From positions 94,302,001 through 94,366,000 of the forward strand of contig CM126203.1 in assembly GCA_052327205.1 (NCBI GenBank): DNA of 64,000 nucleotides, in the 5' to 3' direction. The notes under the pieces were generated by a model that was not told where the DNA came from, ran no database searches, and saw only the letters and a list, made by a program, of their open reading frames with translations. Shown piece after piece: positions 49,505 through 60,681 of the stretch. How positions within the stretch are numbered: position 1 is the first letter of the stretch; every line of letters starts with the position of its first letter. Position numbers and translations under genes: made by a program. Source of the DNA: Somniosus microcephalus. Taxonomy: Eukaryota.

Positions 49505-50647
49505 CTTTAAAATAAAATCATGAAAGGAATTATATACCACAGCAGCCAACCCAACTGTTGCCAAGCCATTGCCTGTCGATTATTACAAGATAAACTTGTA
49601 CTGATTTCATCACAATTATTATTCTTTGGACTTGACACTGACATGCTGTGACACTTATCTCCTTTGACACCTACTGCTACTTAAAAAATACAGGCTTAAA
49701 GTTCTGGTGGAGGAAGAGAAACACCTACCTCTTACTCCACATTTCACATTGGCCCAGAAAATGCTGGCTAAATAACGGCGAGTTCACGGCGCCCGCCATT
49801 ATTATTTCATCAAAAAAACAGCAATTTGTGGCGAGGAAGAGATACGGCGTAAGTTCCGAGTCGCCACAAATTGCTGGACGATTAGTGTAGATCTGCCGTT
49901 AGCCTCACCAAAACCGAAAAAATTGGAACCTCGCCATCAGCCGCCCCATTGACATTCCTTGCGTGTCAAGAAATCGCTGGGTTTGTGTCTTATATGCGAA
50001 TTAATTTCGCTGCAGCTATTTAGCGCTGGTAATTTTTTTAATGGGATGTGGGCGTCACTGGCAAGGACAGCATTTATTGCCCATCCCTAATTGCCCTCGA
50101 GAAGATGGTGGTGAGCCGCCTTCTTGAACCGCTGCAGTCTGTATGGTGAAGGTACTCCCAAACTGCTGTTTGGTAGGGAATTCCAGGATTTTGACCAAGT
50201 GATGATGAAGGATTGGCGATATACTTCTAAGTCAGGATGTTGTGTGACTTGGAGGGGAACTTCCAGGTGGTGGTGGTGTTCCCATGTGCCTGCTGCCCTT
50301 GTCCTTCTAGGTGGAAGAGGTCGCGGGTTTGGGAGGTGCTGCCGAAGAAGCCTTGGCGAGTTGCTGCAGTGCATCTTGTAGATGGTACACACTGCAGCCA
50401 CGGTGCGCTGGTGGTGGAGGGAGTGAATGTTTAAGGTGGTGGATGGGATGCCAATCAAGCGGGCTGCTTTGTCCTGGATGGTGTCGAGCTTCTTGAGTTT
50501 TGTTGGAGCTGCACTCATCCAGGCAAGTGGAGAGTATTCCATCACACTCCTTACTTGTGCCTTGTAGATGGTGGAAAGGCTTTGGGGAGTCAAGAGGTGA
50601 GACACTCGCCGCAGAATACCGAGCCTCTGACCTGTTCTTGTTGCCAC

Positions 50648-53600
50648 TGTGGCGGAGCCACTAAGGGACTCCAATCAATTGTATATAATTCCCTTTAATA
50701 ATATGTTGGCTACAGCCTGAGTCTGTATCTTTGTTTTCACTGTTTACAAGTACAGAGCGCGATCACTTTAATAGCGCGGGTAAACGCGATGACGTCACGC
50801 CGTTCATCACGTGATCCCCCACCGGTGGGAAAAACGTGATGACGTCATGACGTCAGCCACGGGACCGCCCTTGCAGTCCTCGTGGAGCCTCCGAACTGAC
50901 TAGATCTATATTCGATGTTCTCCTGTAGTTATCTATTAAACTCTGTTACTTTTCATTAAACCTCATTTATTTGATCGCCTGAGTGGACCTCAGTCTTTTG
51001 GATAGGAACTAGACATTTCTACATTCCCCGACTTTTGCGAACGGTTTTCGCAGAAGTTACTGAACATGGAATCGAACGCCGTTGCTTTGAAGCTACCACA
51101 GTTCTGGGAGCAACAGCCAGCTGTGTGGTTCATCCAGGCTGAAGCCCAGTTCGTAATCAGGAACATCATTGCGGATCAGACCCGTTACTATCACGTGGTC
51201 TCCGCCCTCGACAGCGCCACAGCCTCGCGGATCGTCAGCCTGCTTGGTAATCCACCAGAAGATCACAAATATGATACGATAAAGGCACGGTTGTTACAGG
51301 TCTTCGGGCTCACGAAGTCGGAGCACGCCCGCCGGCTGCTCAATATGCCCGGCCTCGGGGACTCCAAGCCGTCCGAGCTCATGAGCCAAATGCTCACGCT
51401 CCTGGGCTCCGAACCGGAATGTTTCCTCTTCAGGGAGCTATTCCTCAGCCATCTACTGGAGCAAGTTCAAGCTGCCCTAGCCAGGTCGGAAGTCACCGAC
51501 TGCGCAGAGCTGGCTGCCGATGCGGACAAGATCTTCGCGGTGACACAGCAGTACTGCGCTGCCACAAGGCGCCCATCCCCCACAGACGCCACTCCAGCCC
51601 CTCAACCTGCGGGGTTGTGCTTCTACCACGCCCGTTTTGGTGCGAAAGCAAGATGCTGCCACCCTCCCTGCAGCTTTTCACTCAAAAAAACAAAAATACA
51701 GCAGCCACCCTGTCGAAAGAGGACCGGTTATAGCGAGCGCCCCACGGCTGCGATGGCAATTGGTAATTTGGGAAAACTCCTCTGCATCAACGACTCCCTA
51801 TCTGGTCGACGTTTCCTTTGCGACACCGGGGCGCAGTGTAGCATCCTACCCGCGTCAAATCTTGATCTACAAGTTGGGGGGCACGGCCCCTCCCTCCAGG
51901 CGGCTAATGGCGGGGCCATTCGGACCTTCGGAAGCCGTCGGGTCCAGGTGTGCTTCGGCGGCCAGCGGTTTTACTGGGATTTCATCACGGCCAAAGTCTC
52001 TCAAGCCATCCTCGGGGCAGATTTTTTGTGCGCCAACGGCCTCCTGGTGGATGTACAGCACCGCCGGTTGATCAATGTGGCCACTTTTCACTCCATCCCG
52101 TGCTACCGCGGTAACACCGTGGCTCGCACTGTCTCCTGCGCGTCCCCACCTCTGGATGACTTCACTCGCCTCCTCGGAGATTTTCCAGACCTGACCAAAC
52201 CCACTTTCTCTTCCACGGCCACGAAACATGGTGTCAAACATCACATCACCACTACTGGCTCCCCGGTCTACGCATGGGCCCGGCGCCTCGAACCTGGCAA
52301 GCTCGCGGCTGCGAAAGCAGAGTTCGACACGATGGAGCGGCTAGGGATTATTCGCTGGTCGAATAGTCCCTGGTCTTCGCCTCTCCACATTGTTCCGAAA
52401 CCTGGCGACGGATGGCGGCCTTGCGGCGACTACCGACGCCTGAACAACGCCACTACTCCTGATCGGTACCCGATCCCTCATATTCAGGATTTCTCTGCAC
52501 ATTTGGCGGGAAATACCATTTTTTCAAAAGTCGACCTTGTCCGTGGCTACCACCAAGTCCCCGTACACCTGCAAGACGTCCCGAAAACTGCAGTCATCAC
52601 CCCATTCGGCCTGTTTGAATTTCGGCGGATGCCGTTTGGATTGAAGAACGCTGCACAGGCTTTCCAGCACTTGATGGACTCCGTGCTTCGGGACCTCAAG
52701 TTTCTATTCATCTACCTCGACGACATCCTCATCGCTAGCCCTAATAAAGAGGAGCACATCTGCCATTTGCGCACCCTCTTTAGATGCTTCAGTCAACACG
52801 GCTTGATCATCAACCCGGCCAAGTGCCAGTTCGGCCTGCAGCAGATTGATTTTTTAGGCCATCGCATCACATCAGACGGCGCAATTCCCCTGCAAACGAA
52901 GGTGGAGGCAGTTACTTCATTCCCGCGCCCGCAGTCCGTCAAGGCCCTGCAGGAGTTCCTCGGGATGGTAAATTTTTATCACCGGTTCGTCCCTAATGCA
53001 GCTCTGCTCATGCAGCCCCTGTATGAGGCCCTCAAGGGCAAGTCCAGCAAGGATCCGATCAGCTGGACAGTCGAAATGGACCGGGCGTTCGTCGACACAA
53101 AAGACGCTTTAGCCAACACAACCATGCTGGCACACCCGCTGCCAGGTGCCACCATTGCCCTTACCACTGACGCGTCAGACTACGCCATTGGCGCAGTGCA
53201 GGAACAGTGGGTGCATGGGACGTGGCAACCGCTGGCGTTTTTCAGCCATCAACTACGGCGAAACGAATGAAAGTACAGCACGTTCGACCGGGAGTTGCTG
53301 GCCCTTTTTCTGGCCATCCGCCATTTCCGGTTCTTGCTAGAGGGACGTCCGTTCACAGCTTTTGTGGACCATAAGCCACTAACGTTCACTATGGCCAAGA
53401 CCGCCGAACCGTGGTCAGCTTGGCAACGTCAGTTGACGTTTATCTCAGAATTCACCACTGACATTCAGCATGTGTCCGGTAAGGACAACCTGGTGGCAGA
53501 TTGCCTCTCCCGCGCGACTATTCATGCAGTCCAGCTCGGCATCGACTCTGCCCTCATGGCTGCGGATCAAGCCTTGGATCTGGAGGGCCAATCTTACAGA

Positions 53601-55268
53601 ACCAACCCCTCTAGCCTCCAAGCGGCTGACGTCAAATTCCATTGCGGGCACGACGCTACGCTGCGACGTCTCCACAGGAGATCCTCGCCCTATCGTCCCG
53701 GTCGCCTGGCGCCGAAAAGTTTTTGACGCCATTCACGGGTTGTCGCACCCTGGCATGAAGGCCTCGCAACGGTTAATGTCATCCAAATTCGTGTGGTGGG
53801 GCATGCACATGGATGTTCGCGACTGGGCCAACACCTGCGTGGTCTGCCAAAAGGCCAAGGTGCAGCGTCACGTCAAGGCTCCATTGGCCACTTTTGCCGT
53901 TCCGGAACGTAGGTTTGATCATGTGCATGTGGACCTGGTGGGGCCACTTCCGCCTTCGCACAGGTTTACTCATCTTCTTACAATGGTGGACCGCACCACT
54001 CGATGGCCGGAGGCGGTTCCTCTGTCTTCCACCACTTCCGCAGACGTCGCCAGGGCATTCATCTCCTCTTGGGTCGCCCGTTTCGGGGTACCGGCGGACA
54101 TCTCGTCCGATCGTGGACCACAGTTTTCTTCTGAGCTCTGGAACGCCGTGGCTCAGGGGCTCGGTGTCAAGCTACATCGCACCACTGCCTACCATCCACA
54201 GGCGAACGGCCTGCGCGAACGATTCCACAGGTCGCTCAAAGCCGCACTGCAAGCCAGCCTTCAAGGCGCGGGCTGGGTGGACAGGCTTCCATGGGTCCTT
54301 ATGGGTCTTCGTACGGCACCTAAAGAAGATCTTCAATTGTCCTCGGCGGAGCTCGTATATGGCCAGCCGCTATGCGTACCAGGGGATTTCCTTCCGTCTC
54401 CAACAGAGCCATGGTCCACGTCCCAGCAGCTCATCAGCCACCAGGAGGCAGCCAGAAGTTTCGCTCCAGTGCCTACGTCGCATCACGGCTTGCAGAGCTC
54501 CCACGTCCCAGCTGAGCTGAAGAACGGCGACTATGTGTTTATCTGCCATGACGCTCATCGGGACCCGCTGAAACCCCCTTACACTGGTCCTTTCCGTGTG
54601 ATAGAGCTGGGAGACAAATCTTTTTCGGTTGATGTTGGAGGTAAACCGGACCACATTTCGGTTGACCGGTTGAAGCCGGCTCACTTGGACCTTGACCGCC
54701 CAGTCGAGACCGCACAACCGCCGAAATGTGGCCGACCGCCCACAGTCGCCGTGCCAGATCAAACGCAACCGCCCGCCAGCTCACCCGCCATCCATCAGCT
54801 TCCACTTCAAGGCTACAGAAGTCGATCTGATAGGCTTGTCAGGCCTCCTCGCCATTTTACTTTTGCTATTAAAGACAATTCTGGGGGGGCGCATGTGGCG
54901 GAGCCACTAAGGGACTCCAATCAATTGTATATAATTCCCTTTAATAATATGTTGGCTACAGCCTGAGTCTGTATCTTTGTTTTCACTGTTTACATGTACA
55001 GAGCGCGATCACTTTAATAGCGCGGGTAAACATGATGACGTCACGCCGTTCATCACGTGATCCCCACCGGTGGGAAAAACGTGATGACATGATGACGTCA
55101 GCCACGGGACCGCCCTTGCAGTCCTCGTGGAGCCTCCGAACTGACTAGATCTATATTCGATGTTCTCCTGTAGTTATCTATTAAACTCTGTTACTTTTCA
55201 TTAAACCTCGTTTATTTGATCGCCTGAGTGGACCTCAGTCTTTTGGATAGGAACTAGACATTCCTACA
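50648..55268 (+). mobile_element. Gypsy-C: full-length CsRn1/Kabuki-like Gypsy element
   Basis: LTRs 50648-51023 and 54894-55268 (about 8 differences seen); 4-bp TSD CCAC at 50644-50647 and 55269-55272; G-rich PPT before the 3' LTR. Confidence 0.96.
51066..54893 (+). pseudogene. Gypsy-C gag-pol, disrupted
   Basis: [18 protein letters not shown] gag, CFYHARFG..C knuckle, CDTGA protease, YLDD RT, TDASD RNase H, integrase with GPY/F-like YTGPF; TGA at 53268-53270 and a frameshift near 53640. Confidence 0.93.
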
Positions 55269-58069
55269 CCACAGTATTTATGTGGCTGGTCTAGTTAAGT
55301 TTCTGGTCAATGTTGATCCCCAGGATGTTGATGGTGAGGGATTCGGCGATGGTAATGCCGTTGAATGTCAAGGGGCGGTGGTTAGACTCTCGCTTGTTGG
55401 AGATAGTCATTGCTTGGCACTTCTGTGGCGAGAATGTTACCTGCCACCTATCAGCCCAAGCCTAAACGTCGTCCAGGTCTTGTTGCATGCGGGCATGGAC
55501 TGCTTCATTATCTGAGGAGTTGGGAATGGCACTGAACACTGCTGTCATCAGCAAACATCCCCACTTCTGACCTTATGTTGGAGGGAAGGTCATTGATGAA
55601 GCAGCTGAAGATGGTTGGGCCTAGGACACTGCCCTGAGGAACTCCTGCAGCGATGTCCTGGGGCAGTGATGATTGACCTTCAACCACTACAACCAACTTC
55701 CTTTGTGCTAGGTATGACTCCAGCCAGTGGAGAGTTTCCCCCCCACCCCCCCGATTCCCATTGACTTCAGTTTTACTAGGGCTCCTTGATGCCACACTCG
55801 GTCAAATGCTGCCTTGATGTCAAGGGCAGTCACCTCTGGAATTCAGCTTGTTTGTCCGTGTCTCGGCCAAGGCTGTAATGAGGTCGGGGCTAAGAGGTCT
55901 TGGCGGAACCCAAACTGGGCATCAGTGAGCAGGTTATTGGTGAGTAAATGCCACTTGACAGCACTGTTGATGACACCTTCCATCACTTTGCTGATGATTG
56001 AGAGTAGACTGATGGGGCGGTAATTGGCCAGGTTGGATTTGTCATGCTTTTCGTGGACAGGAAATACCTGGGCAGTTTTCAACATTGTCAGATAGATGCC
56101 AGTTTTGTAGCTGTACTGGAACAGCTTGACTAGAGGCGCGGCTAGTTCTGGAGCACATGTTTTCAACACGATAGCCAGAATGTTGTCGGGGCCTATAGCC
56201 TTTGCTGTATCCAGTGCGTTCAGCCATTTCTTGATATCACATAGAGTGAATCGAATTGTCTGAAGACTGGCTTCTGTGATGGTGGGGACCTCAGGAGTAG
56301 GCAGATATGGATCATCCACTCGGCACTTCTGGCTGAAGATGGTTGCAAACGCTTCAGCCTTGTCTTTTGCACTCACGTGCTGGGCTCCACCATCATTGAG
56401 GATGGGGATATTCATGGAGCCTTCTCCTCCCGTTAGTTGTTTAATGGTCCACCACCAATCACCACTGGATGTGGCAGGACTGCAGAGATTTGATCTGATC
56501 CGTTGATTGTGGGATCGCTTAGCCCTGTCTATAGCATGCTGCTTCTGCTTTTTAGCATGCATTGCATCTTGTGTTGCAGCTTGTCTAGGTTGGAACCTCA
56601 TTTTTAGATACGCCTGGTGCTGCTCCTGGCATGCTCTTCTACACTCCTTATTGAATCAGGTTTGGTCCCCTGGCTTGATGGTAATGGTAGAGTGAGGGAT
56701 ATGCTGGGCCATGAGGTTACAGATTGTGGTGAATTACAATTCTGCTGCTGCTGATGGCCCACAGTGCCTCATGGATGCCCAGTTTTGAGCAGCTAGATCT
56801 GTTCTGGATCTATCCCATTTAGCACAGTGGTAGTGCCACACAACATGATGGAGGGTGTTCTCAGTGTGGAGATGGGGCTTCATTCATGTCACAATGACCG
56901 TGATTTATGGTCCTCTCCCATCCCCCCACAACAGCACACAAAAGACAGGACAGCAAGATTAAAAGTCAAACAGTGGAACATTTATTCAGTGCAACAGGTT
57001 AAACGAAAATTGAGGTAGTGAGTCAATTTAGAAGTAGTGCTAGATTTCTCCGTCGACAACAGTTGTAAATGTAAATATGTTAAAATTATTTAAAATTTTC
57101 AAAGTTTCAAATCGTTGCAAATGACTTCTCACAGAATGATTTAACAGCAGAAGCAACAACAATAGTAGTATTAAGAGTAATAAATAAAAATATCAATAAA
57201 TAATAAAACAAAAATAGCAACAAATTTAACAAACTATTTATAAGACTTGCACCCTGGCAGGCATTCCTGACCTCCACATTCCAAGGGAACAACCTCTGCA
57301 GGATCAGGGAGTTGGGAGCTGGGTTCCTGATGCTGCTCCAAGGGGACATGGGGAGTGGATGGGCTGTGACCAACGTATTCTCTAGCTGCGGGACCGGCTT
57401 TATCAATGTTAAAATTTCACGCATGCACAAAACTGTAAATGGGCCATGCAGCCCTTTATAGGGGCCGCGCACCCAAAAAATATTAGGGAGAGCATTGGCT
57501 GCGACTACAGGCACCTACTAAGGAGAGACAGCTGCTGGCTGCATCACTGGATGATCATCCTTAGCAGCCAGGTCCTGCGAGGCCTGTGCATCTGGCACTA
57601 AGGCTGGGGGTGGGAGGAAGAGGCCCTGGCAGCTGCTGCCTTCCTGCTGGTCAGCCTCATGGCCCTGGACTGTCCTCGTACCGTATGGGTGCTGCTGTAT
57701 GGAGGTACAGTACAGTGGTACTTCCTGTGAACATGTCAACTGCCTGTGCAACAAGCTGGCAAAGGTTGCCCACATTATGATTAAGGAGCCTCATCTCCTG
57801 GTCCCAAGAAGTTGCAGGTATTGGCCATGCTCCCCAATCAACTTCCTTCGCATTTCTGGAACCCTGACATCTACCCTGTCTTACAGGGGACCGGGATGCA
57901 TCTCCCCCACCTCCTGGTGGTCCTGCAGCTTGGCAGTTGTGTGGGGATTGGAGTGACAGTGACGCTTAGCCAACCCTCCTGCCCCCCAACCCCGGGTCGC
58001 GTAGCCTCCTCTTCATCCTGCTGCCCCCCCCCCACCACCCCATTCATCCTCCTCCTGCTCAGCCCAACC

Positions 58070-58562
58070 TCAGTAGTCTCTGCTGCCCCCTCTCGGCCCT
58101 CTGCTGCCCCCCTCACCGCCCTCTGCTGCCCCCCTCATTGCCCTCTGCAGATCCCCCTTTCCCCCCCTCTTCGCCCTCTGCCCCCCGTCTCCGCCCTCTG
58201 CCCCTCCTCTCCGCCCTCTGCCCCCCCCTCCTGCCCCACCTCTCCGCCCCCCTCTCCACCCCCCTCCTGCCCTCTGCCCCCCTCCGCCCTCTGCTGCCCT
58301 CCTCTCCGCCCTCTGGCCCCCTCTCCGCCCTCTGCTGCCCTCCTCTCCGCCCTCTGCCCCCCTCTCCGCCCTCTGCCGCCCTCTCCGCCCTCTGCTGCCC
58401 TCCTTCCGCCCTCTGCCCCCTCTGCTGCCCTCCTCTCCACCCTCTGCCCCCTCTCCTGCCCCCCTCTGCTGCCCCCCTCTCTGCCCTCTGCCCCCCCTCT
58501 CCGCCCTCTGCCCCCCCTTCTCCGCCCTCTGCACTCCTCTCACTGCCCTCTGCCCCCACCTC
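58070..58562. repeat. C/T-rich degenerate mini/microsatellite
   Basis: About 490 nt built from ccctctg, ctccgccctctg and ctgc units. Confidence 0.9.
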
Positions 58563-59986
58563 CTCAGCTAGCCGTGCACCTGTGGAAAAATGAACAAAAT
58601 GTTATAATGGTAAAGCTTGCTCATTTTCCAAATCACCTAAGTTTGTTCTTCACATTCAATACACAACACGGAATAGCAATTCAACCCAAGCAGTCTATGC
58701 GGGGCGGGGGGGCAGAGGGCAGGAGTACCCCACCCGTTATCACCCGCTCCCAGGCATTATGAGCCATTTTACCCTACACAGGGAGCATCACATGGGTTGC
58801 TTGCTGGTGGAGAGTCTTTTCATGCAATCAAATGTGCTCTCACTGCTGCAGATAAAGGTGTGAAATTCATCACTTTGTGAAGGCTGTCTCCCATGGCAAC
58901 TGAGTTTTACCACTCACTTGACATTCAACCTTCCACAAATAACTTGTAAAGCAAATTTTAAAAAGTTCACTGGTCTGCATGAAGTAACACACAGACTGCA
59001 GTTTTAAAATTATATATTTGTATAATAATCTTTACCTTCCCTGCGCTGGTCAAATAATTATATTTCTTCCTGCTCTGGTCCGCTGTCCGTGGAACTGTTG
59101 AAGTTGCCTTGAGCATCTCTGCCACCTCCATCTGTACCACTATGCTTATTTTGTGGGGAGCCCTTGAGCTCTCATTTGCCAGCGGCCACTGACACCTCGT
59201 CTCAACCTGGTCTAAGGATCCACAGGTCGTCATCCACGAAGTTGGGAGACCTCTTCTTCTCATGTTGTGCCTTTTCTTGTGACATTTTTAAAAAATTATT
59301 TGCTGTGAAAAAGTGTTTATGCAAACCACTGTTAATTACTTTCTACTGCTTTGTAAAAAGGGTTTAAACATTTGTTAAATTTTAGTAACTTTTTAAAGTT
59401 AGTCATTTTAGAAGTTACAGGTCACTCACCTCTTCAGCTAATGATAGTGCCGTGTGGTTGGTCTGTGAGTTCGACCATTGGAGCCGACATTCAGCAGTTA
59501 GCAAAACAAATACACAGTGCGATCTGAAGAGTGGGGTAAAAAACAATTTGCGTCGCTCACCGCGAGATTCACTGCTCCAGCAATTTCAAGGCCAATATGA
59601 TCAATTACGTAATTTCAAGGCTGTGATCTCACCTGAAGAATTCAGATGGCAGTTTAAATTTGCTCAAGCTTTGCGCTTTCTTCTGAATCCTTTGATTAGT
59701 TTATACTGCCTTGTTCATATTCCTGCTTATTGTAAAATACTAATTCTTTCCTCCCCCCACCCAAAAACAATCAACCAAAACCTCCAGTCGATATTCCTGT
59801 TCGCCAATATGGATTCCAACTCATCCACATGGTTCTCATACTCATATTATTTACCATGTTTAAAATGCATAAACAATCAAACAATCCAGCACTGCACAAT
59901 TTAGCCCGTTCAGACAATAAATGTGTAATCTATAAAATATAATAATTGTTACATCGCACCAATGTGACAATGAAGTAAATACTTAC

Positions 59987-60062
59987 TTGTGCAATGTCAC
60001 TGCAATCCATGCAAGGCTGAAAGACTCGGTGGAAGTCACTCTTATTAGTCAGCATATCTTCA
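59987..60062 (-). CDS. REELD1: Probable penultimate coding exon of the REELD1-like gene
   Basis: ttctacattctag acceptor and GTAAGT donor; 76 nt, only one open frame (EDMLTNKSDFHRVFQPCMDCSDIAQ), ending in phase 0 and so compatible with the acceptor at 49504. No homology recognised. Confidence 0.6.
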
Positions 60063-60339
60063 CTAGAATGTAGAATTGTAAGAAGACAATAATTACATTT
60101 GTCATAATAAGTATAATTAAATAATTATTTATGGTAATTTCTTCAATTGTTTTAAAGTAATTGCTTCAACTGCGCAGAATGACCCACAGGGCTGTATTCT
60201 TCCTCTTAATTTAAGAGTCCAGTCCCTACCTTTATAAGTTACAGAGTGAAAACACATTAAAAGTCATAGATTCTCAGAGAAGTTTATATCGTTTATTTTT
60301 TCTTCTGGGTACAGTTCTGTTCCACCATGATTTAAGTCT

Positions 60340-60640
60340 CCCCGAAGGGCCTGTTGGATAAAAGACTCCTTCCAATAAAGCACTAAGCCACAGTTGCAGA
60401 AGGTCCCAGCTCTGAATCCCGGTCTGTGCTGAGCTAACTGATCTCAGCCAGGGTACCAGCTGGGATGCCAGAACGGGCCAATTCTCCTTATTAATATCCA
60501 AGTACTGCGGGTACATTGGATGAGGACACAGTCAGCCTTGGTTATGATGCTCGTTAGCCTACCAACACTTGCTGTCGAGGCTCACACCTGGAAAATGGTC
60601 ACTCTGCTGAGCAATAGGAGGGCTGATGACAGCCATGTGA
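60340..60640 (+). mobile_element. Old SINE-like repeat (family of 3605-3965)
   Basis: gaaggtcccag..atcccggtctgtgctgagctaactgatctcagcc and aggctcacacctggaaaatggtcact motifs. Confidence 0.55.
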
Positions 60641-60681
60641 TTGTATGTCAGAAAGGAGAATCCTACCACATATAAAAATAA

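Larger units (their letters stand above)
50035..56885 (-). mobile_element. CR1-group (L2/Crack-like) LINE interrupted by Gypsy-C
   Basis: ORFs 55843-56601 (NYRPISLLSIISKVME), 55508-55795 (GVPQGSVLGP, FADD) and 50087-50674. Confidence 0.9.
49751..59593 (-). mobile_element. Degenerate Harbinger-derived element containing a nested LINE and Gypsy
   Basis: TIRs ggcccagaaaatgctgg / ccagcaatttcaaggcc; Myb/SANT-like remnant at about 59035-59280 (RTADQSRKKYNYL) on -. Confidence 0.6.

Noticed and set aside
49505-49572. N-terminal part of ORF 48842-49564 and an alternative acceptor at 49572
   Set aside because: The ORF start is a TTG and that acceptor is phase 1, incompatible with the phase-0 upstream exon; the acceptor at 49504 has a better pyrimidine tract.
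57812-58762. 316-aa Pro-rich ORF and the overlapping Gly/Arg-rich antisense ORFs
   Set aside because: Artefacts of a stop-free C/T satellite.
60180-60260. Additional small minus-strand REELD1 exon
   Set aside because: An acceptor-like site exists, but two frames stop almost at once and I found no good donor.
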